25,328 nt of DNA, taken from NCBI GenBank assembly GCA_964525635.1, contig CAZGJX010000063.1, positions 1 to 25,328 of the forward strand, in the 5' to 3' direction. Within the stretch, counting starts at the first letter, position 1, and the number at the start of each line of letters is the position of its first letter. Position numbers and translations under genes: made by a program. The notes under the pieces are model-generated. The model saw nothing but the letters and a program-made list of their open reading frames with translations, searched no databases and had not been told where the DNA came from. The DNA is from an uncultured archaeon (GTDB taxonomy: Archaea; Asgardarchaeota; Lokiarchaeia; Sigyniarchaeales; SOKP01). This document shows positions 1 to 10,400 of this stretch, in pieces.

Positions 1-1
1 C

Positions 2-3000
2 AAACATTTTATATTGTCCCATTCCTGGACCATCTGATGTGAATTCTTCAGTACCTAATGATTCATAATAGATGGGAACTCCGTCCTCTGTTAAAGCACG
101 TTCATTTATAAAACCCGTACCTGCCTTTGGCATAAAACCTATGTGAAGCCAAACTATGTCTCGTCTTAAATTCCCTTCCCAGTCTGTTAACTTGAATGTA
201 AATTGGTATTCCTCCCCCGCAAGAGCATCAATAATTAGTTGGTTATATTCTCCTCCTTCCTCTAACGTCTCAAGTGGATTGATATTGAAGATATATTCAC
301 GTTCTTCTATAAATTCTTGAGTCATTACCATATCTTGGGTGATATCTTCAACCATTTCCAATTTTCTTTTCTCTGGAATGGTAATTATCCTAAATAGTTT
401 CTCCCATTTATCAGACTGCTTATATGAATAGATATTAAAGCCATTGATATTGTAGGTAATATTTTCAAAAGATTCTGCTGATTTGTTATACACTTGCGTT
501 GGTAGGTAAACTAACTTCATATTTACTAAAGTCTTTCTACCCAGAGGAAGACTTAATGAAGAATTTTTGGTAAATACCTGCTCATATTCAAAGATTCCGA
601 GGTTATATATCTCAATAAAATCAATTACAATATCATGATCATATTTATCTTTCATTGTAAGCAAAATAGTCCTGCTGAGATCTACCCGTCTTGTTAATGG
701 AGCATAGTATTTTATCTCTATTGTATCATAGACACTAAAGTTCCCTTCTTTGAGGATAAAATTATAAAGATCCAAAAGATAAAGATTATATCCATTTTGA
801 GATATTTTATACTCCTCTGGTTGGAACTCATAATATAGAGAACTATTTTCCCTTGAAATAATTTTAATTGAATAAAGATCTGAGTCTGTTTTTGTAAGAG
901 ATTGATCGAGAGTAATTGGATGATATGAGGAATAGCCGATTTCAAGCTCATCTCCCTGTTCAAAATTATAATAGGTGAAGTGAAGATATCCATTTGAGTC
1001 TATGGAGTACTCATACTCATCCTCTATGAGTGGTACATAGATATTTGAACCTGATTTATTTACATAGACGGTCTCAAGACCAATGATACCTAATCGAATA
1101 ACTTCTGAGTCCAAGAGATACTCTGGTCCTTTAATTAATGCTGTTCCTTCATTTATATTGGTATAGAGGAATTTTTTTTGAAGTGAGCAGAGCTCGGTGA
1201 AATTTTGCTCTGTAATCCATTTATCATGTATCATATCATATTTAGAAAATGGAACCTCAACTAAATTTTCGAAATTATTATGTCCGTATTCATCAATTGT
1301 GCTGTATGATATAGGATTTATTGTATTTCCGCACTGCTTTTTATAGGTAATGAGTAGATTTGTATCATAATTAATGAAATTGGATGATTGTGTATTATTC
1401 CAGTAAATTGTTAAAATAAAACTGTTATCTATATAACTAATCTCAGGATTTTTACGGTAATCTAAAATACTATTATTTTTATAGCTATATCCATCGATAT
1501 GTACATATAATGGTATTTTTTCAAGCTTTTTATCCAAATAATAAATTGCAATTTCAGATGTATTGATAAATTGTTCATTTCCATAGGGAGAGATGATATT
1601 TAACTTAAAGGATGATTCCCCATCTATACCCTCTTGCCATTTGTAATCATATACCTCATCACGAACAAGATAATTATCATTGTCAAGCACACTTCCTTTT
1701 AGGACAAGTGTATCTTGATATGTAAGTTCAAATAAATCCTTCTCTAAATATATTGGTTCTTCCTCTGATAAGGATTCTTGAGTTAAATTAAGTAAAATAT
1801 TGTATGGTTTATCAAACATTATCTTGTGAAGTGGAGTACCGAAGGATTCTAGAGTGAGGCTATGAATTCCCAAACTAAAAGGTAAATAAAGCCTTAAGTA
1901 GTAAAATTTACAATAAAATGAGGGAGGTGAGAGCTCATCAACTCTTGAAATCCAGCAGAGTGTTCCAGATGATTGTATCTGACCTGATGAGGAGTTCACA
2001 AGATTTACATAGATGTTTTGAAGTTCTTCAAGGGGGATCTGTGATAAACTACCATTGTCTCTCATAAATAATTCAATATAATCAGAGTACTCAACATTGA
2101 CATACTCCTGTGTTGCGGTGATATTTTCTTGATTATAATATATTTGAATATCTGTAAGAGTTGATTCAATTCTTTTATATTGAAAAGTGTCTGAAGCATA
2201 ATAATTATAGTAATTTGGAGCTCTTAGTTCAATATTTGAGGTAATATAACCATTAGTATTTTCTAAAAGATCATCTCCAATAAAATTATAGAGCTTTATA
2301 TCTCTAATTGCAATAATTTGATAAGGTAGACTTAAAACATCGTAATTTTCATACTCAATAGCAAAAGAGGAGGGCCATATTTCTGAATCTGAAATTGTAA
2401 AGCTAATGGACTCTAATAAGGATAAATCGAACATAACATCGGGATTAAGTAAGATAAGTTCTTCAAAATCTATATAGAGAGGGATTGTCATTACATTTCC
2501 AAGACCGAAAACAGTTTCATTGTACTTTTCTCTTACATTAGGCATGAAATATTTTCTCAAATCAAAATCGTAGTAGACCTTGGAAAGAGAATAACCAGAT
2601 ACAAGATTTAATCTTATAATAAATTTTTGAATGGTAGTATGATCGTAATAGGTGGCGGGGATGGAGACATTTACAAATAAACCATTTGCATTAACAAGCT
2701 GTAGTTGATTACTCAATTGAGATGCATCATAATTAAAGTAAATAAGGTTATCTTTTACATCTTGAGGATTGCTATAAAGATCATGAATTATTGAATTTTG
2801 GTACCAAACAACCTCACCTTCTCTTGTTATTAAAAATTGGTCTTTACCAAATATTGTAATTGAATTGTTGTTTGAACTATTATAGAAAAATGCTTGCTTT
2901 AATCTTAGAAATTTTGGTAATATAAGACCACGGTTATAAAGGTTTTCTAAGTTCATTGTAATTGTTCTATTATAACTGAGAGGATTAATAATTTCTATAT

Positions 3001-6000
3001 CTCCATCGACTAAAACATGCTTTACCACACCGTACATCTCATCATTTCTTACTTCCCAACTAATATGATTCATCGGATTTATATTTGAATATATATTGCT
3101 GCTCATCAGAGAATCCGAATAGCATAAAAATGATTCATAGGAATTAAAAATTTGAGGTAATTCGATCAATCCGATATAAGCTTGCATAATCAATGATTCA
3201 TCAACCTCATTAATACTTCCATCATAATTCACATCTGCTTCTTTAGGGTAAAATGGTTGAGGATTCATTCCTGAATTGTATTGGTTAGTTAATAGAACAT
3301 CAACGATATCAACATTACCATCATGATTCACATCACCATTCTGAAACCTAGCTCCAAAATTTACTTGATAATTATTATACTGTGGATCATACCATGCAGT
3401 CCCGTAATTGAATCCATTAATCTTTACATCTAGAAAAGGAATTTGATTGAAATCAGCCTGAAAGATTATTTCTCTCTCGCTTAAATCCTGACTATTAAGA
3501 TCTGTTGAGTTATCTATCCATGTGATATTCATCTCAGTCGAATAACTTATAGAGTCGTATAAGTTATTGTAAATTGAAGTAATTCCTACATTTTCACAAA
3601 AATCAATTATTTTATAGTTAATCCTAAACTTTTCTGGAAGAGTTCCGAAATCTCCTAGATATTGTATATTGGATGAATTAAATTGAATCCAATCAGATGT
3701 CTGACCTGAGTTAAGATCAATAATTTGATAATATTCTCTATAACAATAATCTGAAAAAGAAGAATCCCATGAATAATTGATAGTATCAATATCTAAGATA
3801 TGATTGACTCCTGACCAACTCATTTGGAACTGAAGATCATCTATATACGAGACAGGAGTTCTAAATGGAAAAGGACCATATTTTGTATTATTGATCCAAA
3901 TATAGAAGGTATCTGATGAAAGATCTTTGTATCTACCTTCTCCACATTCAAATTCAATAGTAATTGGATACCATATATTATCCAAAGCGGGACAGATGGG
4001 AATCCATTCATCCCCATATCTATACTTAAACATACCATTATTTATCCCTAAGTAAATTGCAAATATATTTGCCGAATCTGTTCCAAAGAAATAACAATAT
4101 TTATTTGCATCATTTGTTTTCGCCCAAAAGCTAATTGTCCCATGTTCTTTTGCTGGAAATTGATTAACTGCAATAGGAGATTTTTCACCATTATCATCTA
4201 AACGAATGAATTTCTTATGAAGATTCATTTCTCCACAAATCCCTATGCTAGATCCGGGATTTGTGATGATATTCCAATCATTGTCTTCTAACTCAGTAAT
4301 TATCTGTTTTCCATACGCATTTTCATTATCTTTTTCATTATAATTTGGATCTGCTGTAAAACCAAATGCATCAAAATAATATTTAAAATCAGATCCCACT
4401 GGTCTGGTTGTCAATGCAATCTTATTTGCTGAGATTATTGAATTATTTTGATAGTGGCATCCTTCTGTTTTAAGAAAACCATTGATATATACATCAAACT
4501 GATTTTGAGAATCATATAATTTAATTTTAATATGATACAATTTATTATATGTTAATCCCGACGCAATTATGTAATATAGGTTATCATTAGAACGATAATA
4601 TAATTTATCTGAAATAGATTTCAAAAATATAAGAGTTGTATCATCTTCCTTAAGTGAAATGTAAATCGTTTCTGAGTTATTTTTACCCATATAAAATTCA
4701 ATTACCTGATTTTGTTGTTGAGGGATTGATCTCCAGATTCCACAATATCCAGAATCACTTTGATCATTTAATTCAAGAACTTTAGAATGTCCATCATACG
4801 AGTCTATAATGGTTGATGAGCATCCAGATTGATCATTATTTGTCCAACCTGAGGGTGATTGTCCTACAATATCATCTTCAAAGGAATATGTACCGTAATA
4901 ATTTCCAATTTTAGATATATCATATCGTTCGAAATCCTCATTTCCGTTATAAATATCATAATAATAATTATCATCAATCTCAAAATTCGGATCTGCTGAA
5001 AATCGGAAGTTATCAAAATATCCCGCGTATCCAAAATGTGCACCCACCTCTGTCTTTATCTTAATCTTATTTACAGAAATGACTGTATCACCAATATAAC
5101 TTAGCCCAGAACCTTCAGGAACTCCGTTGATATAGAAATCAAATGTATTTGTATCATCATTTAGCACTATTTTAAAATGAACCCATGTATTTGACCCAAT
5201 AAAATCAGTCTTTATATCTTCAAATAAAAATTTATATTCATTTAATTCTATATTTATATTTTTCATATCGCCAATATAATGGTATATATCTTGTTCCAGA
5301 TAATACATAGATACATTCATAACTTCATAATCTGCGATAAAAGTGAAAATTTGGCTGTTATTGAGGAACCTAATCCGAGGTTCCCGTAAATAACCAGTAG
5401 GATTGTTCATTCTGAGTAATAAATCTGAGTATTCTATATCTAATATAATATTTTGAGCCTCTTGCTGACCTTGATCGAATAGGTAGCATAAGTGCTCCCG
5501 TACCATTAATCTCTGGCGTGTTTTCATGCTCTTTAGGAATCCTCCGGCAATTCCAATATCAGAAGCGTTGTCATTTGGTAAAATTTCAATTGAATTATCA
5601 GGTTTTATAATATAGTTAGGAGCATCAATCACCTGCAATTGATATGGGAACTCATATTCATAAGCGGAAATACGCCTAGTTTTAAGCTTGGTATATTTTA
5701 CATTGAGGTCGTATTTATTCAAGGTTAATTCTGCCTCTATTTGAATCTTGGAAGATCCTATTGATTCTATATAGCTTATACAATTCCATTCATACTCTAT
5801 TTTAGCCCTTAAATAGTATTTATTATGATCTACTGAATAAAATATAAACTCCTTTAGCTGTTGTGTTGATAAAATTACTTTAGAGGTATCTGTTAAATTT
5901 ATATTTTGAAATTCTAAATACTTATCAAGTAAATAGAACTTATAATTTTGTTTTATTAATGAATTTTGTAGAAAAATCTCATTATTATCATAATTTAATT

Positions 6001-7420
6001 GGGAATTATAATCTAAATTTAATGTTACTTCTTCTATTGTATTATCTTTTGATATTAAATATTCTGTTAAATCTACATCAAATAATACCTCTGGGTTTAA
6101 ATTATGGCTTGTAGTAGGTGGATTATAGTAAATTGTTGCATCAATTGAAGTAATATCAAATCCAAGCTGGGTGGAATAGGGAATTTCATTGGAAATATCA
6201 AATTCCATTGAAAAAATAACTTGAAATTCAAACTCATCAGGACTTATTTCATTGAAAAAATCTTCAAACACAATGAAATTACGATCGAGAACATAAGAGA
6301 AGGCTGGATTAAATACATTAGAATTCTCTTGATCAATATTTTGGTACACGACTGCTTGTACCTGCTGCCAAACATTTCTACGATAATTATATAGGTATAA
6401 TGATAAAAGATTAGCATTTTTATTCTCTTCTATTAGTACTTGACGACCAGAATCCTCTGAAAAATCCCTCAGTTCATACCCAGCAATACCATTTTTTTCA
6501 TATTGAACTGTAAATTCTATAAACTTTGTATATTTATTTATATAGTTCTCCGTGCAATTGAATGTTATAGGATCAAGTGTGGAAATCCTATTCTTCTCCC
6601 ACTTAAATGACTTAAAGATAATATTTGCCGTTAAAATCGCTGAATATTGTGAATAATTACCCAATAGCGTAATAGTTTTTTGTGAGTAATCAAAACTATA
6701 ATCCTCTATCTTAAGTTCATTTTCACCGGCAAAAAGAGTATTTATTGTGAAATCTTCTTGATAATTCAACTCATTGAGATCGAATTGATAATATCCTGAA
6801 TAAAGATTGGATAGTTCAATATTATTTTGCCAAATTGGAATATAAGCATTCTGTGCGGTCGTTCCATTGTAATTTAAACTATTATCTGGAGAATCAAACA
6901 GAATTGAAGCATTTGTTATCTGTGAAGCAAAAAATCCTTTAAAGAGAGGGGAAAGGACTTCACAGTTCGCAACTGTCGATTCAATTGAGATTACCAGATC
7001 ATTGTCTAAAGATTGTGTTAACGCTTCAGCTAATATTTGCTGATTCTCACTGACAAGGTTAAACTCGCTTAGCTCAATTTCCAACTTATGTAGATGGAAA
7101 TCAAGTCTATCAGTATCTAGGGGAATATTAACTGTTCCTATATATGTAAATCTTTCTGATTTGCTTAGCTTATATAGGTTGACTGCAACGTGATAATCAC
7201 TGGATACTACTTGAGAAAGCTCGCTGTATGAAATGTCGTTGAATCCTGTTTTGATATCTATCAAAAGTCTTGCATCAATAAGATCATTAACTTCATTTAA
7301 AATCTCATAATTACATAGGACATAATCTGTAATAGGAATACCAAAAATATATCTATCGTTATTTTTAGAGAAATGAATGGTTGCTCGTGGAATTCCTACA
7401 GGGGGGTTGGTAAAATTCAC
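2..7420 (-). CDS. Giant extracellular multidomain protein, 3'-truncated by the window edge (at least 2,473 aa from GTG 7420); probably the frameshifted continuation of the upstream giant protein; contains a dockerin and ConA/LamG-like repeats
   Basis: Manual codon-by-codon translation shows no stop from 7438 down to 2. The nearest upstream in-frame stop is TAA at 7439-7441. The frame reads DEFGICVNFTNPPVGIPRATIHFSKNNDRYIFG...SLGTEEFTSDGPGMGQYKMF. It is absent from the ORF track, presumably because it has no stop inside the window. Composition is rich in Asn, Asp, Tyr and Ile, like the upstream ectodomain. Confidence 0.92.
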   Translation of the reverse strand, partial: MNFTNPPVGIPRATIHFSKNNDRYIFGIPITDYVLCNYEILNEVNDLIDARLLIDIKTGFNDISYSELSQVVSSDYHVAVNLYKLSKSERFTYIGTVNIPLDTDRLDFHLHKLEIELSEFNLVSENQQILAEALTQSLDNDLVISIESTVANCEVLSPLFKGFFASQITNASILFDSPDNSLNYNGTTAQNAYIPIWQNNIELSNLYSGYYQFDLNELNYQEDFTINTLFAGENELKIEDYSFDYSQKTITLLGNYSQYSAILTANIIFKSFKWEKNRISTLDPITFNCTENYINKYTKFIEFTVQYEKNGIAGYELRDFSEDSGRQVLIEENKNANLLSLYLYNYRRNVWQQVQAVVYQNIDQENSNVFNPAFSYVLDRNFIVFEDFFNEISPDEFEFQVIFSMEFDISNEIPYSTQLGFDITSIDATIYYNPPTTSHNLNPEVLFDVDLTEYLISKDNTIEEVTLNLDYNSQLNYDNNEIFLQNSLIKQNYKFYLLDKYLEFQNINLTDTSKVILSTQQLKEFIFYSVDHNKYYLRAKIEYEWNCISYIESIGSSKIQIEAELTLNKYDLNVKYTKLKTRRISAYEYEFPYQLQVIDAPNYIIKPDNSIEILPNDNASDIGIAGGFLKSMKTRQRLMVREHLCYLFDQGQQEAQNIILDIEYSDLLLRMNNPTGYLREPRIRFLNNSQIFTFIADYEVMNVSMYYLEQDIYHYIGDMKNINIELNEYKFLFEDIKTDFIGSNTWVHFKIVLNDDTNTFDFYINGVPEGSGLSYIGDTVISVNKIKIKTEVGAHFGYAGYFDNFRFSADPNFEIDDNYYYDIYNGNEDFERYDISKIGNYYGTYSFEDDIVGQSPSGWTNNDQSGCSSTIIDSYDGHSKVLELNDQSDSGYCGIWRSIPQQQNQVIEFYMGKNNSETIYISLKEDDTTLIFLKSISDKLYYRSNDNLYYIIASGLTYNKLYHIKIKLYDSQNQFDVYINGFLKTEGCHYQNNSIISANKIALTTRPVGSDFKYYFDAFGFTADPNYNEKDNENAYGKQIITELEDNDWNIITNPGSSIGICGEMNLHKKFIRLDDNGEKSPIAVNQFPAKEHGTISFWAKTNDANKYCYFFGTDSANIFAIYLGINNGMFKYRYGDEWIPICPALDNIWYPITIEFECGEGRYKDLSSDTFYIWINNTKYGPFPFRTPVSYIDDLQFQMSWSGVNHILDIDTINYSWDSSFSDYCYREYYQIIDLNSGQTSDWIQFNSSNIQYLGDFGTLPEKFRINYKIIDFCENVGITSIYNNLYDSISYSTEMNITWIDNSTDLNSQDLSEREIIFQADFNQIPFLDVKINGFNYGTAWYDPQYNNYQVNFGARFQNGDVNHDGNVDIVDVLLTNQYNSGMNPQPFYPKEADVNYDGSINEVDESLIMQAYIGLIELPQIFNSYESFLCYSDSLMSSNIYSNINPMNHISWEVRNDEMYGVVKHVLVDGDIEIINPLSYNRTITMNLENLYNRGLILPKFLRLKQAFFYNSSNNNSITIFGKDQFLITREGEVVWYQNSIIHDLYSNPQDVKDNLIYFNYDASQLSNQLQLVNANGLFVNVSIPATYYDHTTIQKFIIRLNLVSGYSLSKVYYDFDLRKYFMPNVREKYNETVFGLGNVMTIPLYIDFEELILLNPDVMFDLSLLESISFTISDSEIWPSSFAIEYENYDVLSLPYQIIAIRDIKLYNFIGDDLLENTNGYITSNIELRAPNYYNYYASDTFQYKRIESTLTDIQIYYNQENITATQEYVNVEYSDYIELFMRDNGSLSQIPLEELQNIYVNLVNSSSGQIQSSGTLCWISRVDELSPPSFYCKFYYLRLYLPFSLGIHSLTLESFGTPLHKIMFDKPYNILLNLTQESLSEEEPIYLEKDLFELTYQDTLVLKGSVLDNDNYLVRDEVYDYKWQEGIDGESSFKLNIISPYGNEQFINTSEIAIYYLDKKLEKIPLYVHIDGYSYKNNSILDYRKNPEISYIDNSFILTIYWNNTQSSNFINYDTNLLITYKKQCGNTINPISYSTIDEYGHNNFENLVEVPFSKYDMIHDKWITEQNFTELCSLQKKFLYTNINEGTALIKGPEYLLDSEVIRLGIIGLETVYVNKSGSNIYVPLIEDEYEYSIDSNGYLHFTYYNFEQGDELEIGYSSYHPITLDQSLTKTDSDLYSIKIISRENSSLYYEFQPEEYKISQNGYNLYLLDLYNFILKEGNFSVYDTIEIKYYAPLTRRVDLSRTILLTMKDKYDHDIVIDFIEIYNLGIFEYEQVFTKNSSLSLPLGRKTLVNMKLVYLPTQVYNKSAESFENITYNINGFNIYSYKQSDKWEKLFRIITIPEKRKLEMVEDITQDMVMTQEFIEEREYIFNINPLETLEEGGEYNQLIIDALAGEEYQFTFKLTDWEGNLRRDIVWLHIGFMPKAGTGFINERALTEDGVPIYYESLGTEEFTSDGPGMGQYKMF
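3155..3340 (-). other. Dockerin domain (duplicated Ca-binding loop-helix), internal to the protein
   Basis: NGDVNHDGNVDIVDVLLTNQYNSGMNPQPFYPKEADVNYDGSINEVDESLIMQAYIGLIELP has two DxNxDGxxxxxD loops, each followed by a helix, with canonical dockerin spacing. Confidence 0.9.
3764..5220 (-). other. Three tandem concanavalin A/LamG-like beta-sandwich repeats (the first is partial)
   Basis: The repeats end in YFDNFRFSADPNF, YFDAFGFTADPNY and IDTINYSWD. Internal motifs align across copies: NTWVHFKIVL..FDFYING / NKLYHIKIKL..FDVYING / NIWYPITIEF..FYIWIN; DGHSKVLELND / NLHKKFIRLDD; VIEFYM / GTISFWAKT. Confidence 0.7.
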
Positions 7421-10400
7421 ACATATTCCAAACTCATCTTAAATATAGAATAATTAGCTGGAACATTAGGGATCATATCTCCGTAGTAATTAGCCTCATC
7501 TCTAAGATTGCTTATTGAAATTGGATCAGAATAATAATATGAGCTATTAGGAATATACCAACGCCCATCAAACAACTCAAGTGGGAGTGAGGGGAGATAT
7601 TCAATACTTACATTGGTAAATAACTCTTTTTGAGAACATTGTTCTAAAGATAATTTATTATTGTGGGTTACAAGAAAATTAAACACAGGATATTTTTCAA
7701 TAGTATTTTCCTCAATTCTAATACCATATACTTTAACGATCTCTCCAATAGCAGGATCATCTACCCCATTGAGATCAACTTCAAAATTATCTTCAATAGG
7801 TAATTCCACAGCAAAAGTCGATGCGGGGAAAATAGTCTGCCTCTTTTCAAGAAGCATAACGCATTCATTTATATTAACTTGTTGGCTAATCTCAATCGCT
7901 AGATTAGGATTTACGCGTTTGAACGCTTCATATATATTATTATTAGCTGAATAATTTGAAGGTAGAATATATGAGATTAGAGCCAACTTCATGATTTGAT
8001 TGTTATCAAGATAATCATTTGTTAGACCTTTGATTTTAAAGGGATTCATGAGTTTTAAGCTAGGATTTTCATTTTGAATTTCTATAAAACAATTCGCATC
8101 AGGAGATTGAATATAATAGAATGGATTCGAGGAGTAATTATAATTCCAAACTGCTCTATTTATACCATTATTTTCTGCTCTGATCTGTCCATTGAAATCC
8201 TGCCATTCTTCAGTAAGATAATTATAATATACTAACCTGCTTCTTAAAAGCCAATCTGTATTGTATTTCCTATTCACTATGGTGATATTTAGCCCTAAGC
8301 TTACTTCCAACTCAGCTAAGTCGTAAATATTGAGATCCAAATTATCAAATTTTAGCTCTATGGGTGTAATTAGTGGTATCTGAATATTATCTATTGCGCT
8401 ATCCTTAAATCTGTCTAAACCATAATTTAATTCAGAGATATTATACCTTTGAGCATCAGATCCCCATACATTATATGTCTGGCTTGGAAAATCCGAGGGA
8501 TAAAGGTTAAAGATAAATTCTAAATCATCTAGCTCCAGATCGGTGTAAATGGTCTGGCTTTCTCTCTTGAAAATTGGAGTTATTAAACTATTTTCTAGAC
8601 TAAATTCTATTGTATTATTACCAAAAAAGGTATTATTTTTAATTTTTGTATTATCGCTAGATTCAGGTGGATCTGTATTATCATATATTTTGGATATATC
8701 TGAATTAATTTGAATCAATTTATTATTGATTGGATAATAGGTAATATTTGTTGAAATATCGTAAATATAGAGGGAGTCTATTTCTAATTCCCAGACATCA
8801 TCCCAATATCCTAAATCTATTGAAATACTCTCAACATCATATATAAAACAAGATCCTTGTATACCAGATTCTCCAAAAGAAAAGAGTGTATTATCATTTA
8901 CTATAAAATTGGCTGTTCCCTCTAAAGTGGAGCCTTTAAAGTATAAAATGAAGTCTCTTTCTGAATTTAGAAGACCATTCTGAAAATTAAATTGAACTTT
9001 TGATTCAATAGGAATGTAATAGAGAGTAGCATGTGCCATATCACAATAATAATCTACTATATGTCCTATCACTTTATCGTTTGGATTAGAATATACTTTA
9101 GTCATTATATCTATATTTCCTTCTGGAGATATGTAATGTGATAATAAAGAATCTATTAAATGAGTCTTATTAAAAACACTTATTTTATTAAATCGATAAC
9201 AAGTAGGACTAGTCTCTTCTGGTGTATAAGAATGATCAATCTGATCCCATTCTTCAGTATAATGATTATATATAAAATATGCAAGGCTTGCAGAATCAAC
9301 ATATTTCCATACTATATTATTTTGAAATTCAATTTCAATATCAGATATTACCATATCTTCATTATAATCTAAATAATTAGATGGAATTCTGTATTTCTCA
9401 TAAGACCTGGTCCATGACCAAATTTTATTAATATGATAGTACCTACTAATTCCATCTATCTCAGCAGACCAATCTCCTGAGGGAAAAGATGTGTCCAGAA
9501 TAGGTGGAGCTCCATCATAACTTACATGAAAATCCTCCCAGATACTTTCTCTAAAGCTATTGTTATCTTTACTATCAAAAGTCTCTCTCTGAATGGATAA
9601 CAAATTCCCATCAGGATAATACAGATCAGTCTCATCCCCTTGAATTATTGCATATGTATCCATCATTTCTACAGCATAACTAAATTTTAAAGAATCAGAA
9701 TGGTCTAAGAGGAGAGAGTCTTCCCTATAGGAAAAATTAGTAATATTATCTTGATATGTATTTGATATGTATGTTGGATTTAAATCATAGGAAAAAATGT
9801 TCTGAGGTACCATCTCATCTGCAAAGCTGTAGATTACGTCAATTTGGGAAGTCAGGTCAACGAAGGTATTATCTCCAATTAATCTACTGCTATATTGATC
9901 TAAATCAATATATTTAGTGTATACAGCTCGTTTACAAAGCGAGACAAGATACTTATAATCGGTAAAATCATTTTGATCTCTAATTCTTTTGAAATATTGG
10001 GATTTAAGTGATGTAATTTTTATTCCTTCGGAAGGATCATCATAGAAGCATTCTATACGGGGCACAAGTCTATGGAAAGTGGGATCATACAATCTTCCCA
10101 TATCCCCAAAATGTTCTATTGGATTATTATTATGATATGCATACCAATAATATGTGCTGGAGTTATAATAAAATGAAACTGTATTTTTCTCAGTCAATTC
10201 CTCCTCATCCAAATATACATAAATATTATCATTCAATGAGAAGCAGATCTTTCCTTCTTGCCCTTGTATAGGACTTAACTTACTAAATTGCACTTCTGCT
10301 CTGTACATATCATGAAGACCGTTCCATGGTTTATATACAACTGAATATACCGAATCAAATGAAAGAGAAAATGAATCTTGGGAATTACATTGAAGAAATA

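Noticed and set aside
718-4038. Short minus-strand ORFs 718..993 and 3841..4038
   Set aside because: They are out-of-frame shadows inside the long open frame.
1-7416. Non-coding, pseudogene or alternative-genetic-code region, as the sparse ORF track suggests
   Set aside because: One frame is fully open under the standard code.
7396-7419. TGA readthrough (selenocysteine or recoded stop) joining the two giant regions
   Set aside because: In-frame readthrough gives only ILPTPL before TAG at 7396-7398. The continuation is in a different frame.
7436-7445. Canonical -1 programmed frameshift heptamer
   Set aside because: A_UUU_AAG does not fit X_XXY_YYZ, and slipping there would place UAA in the A site.
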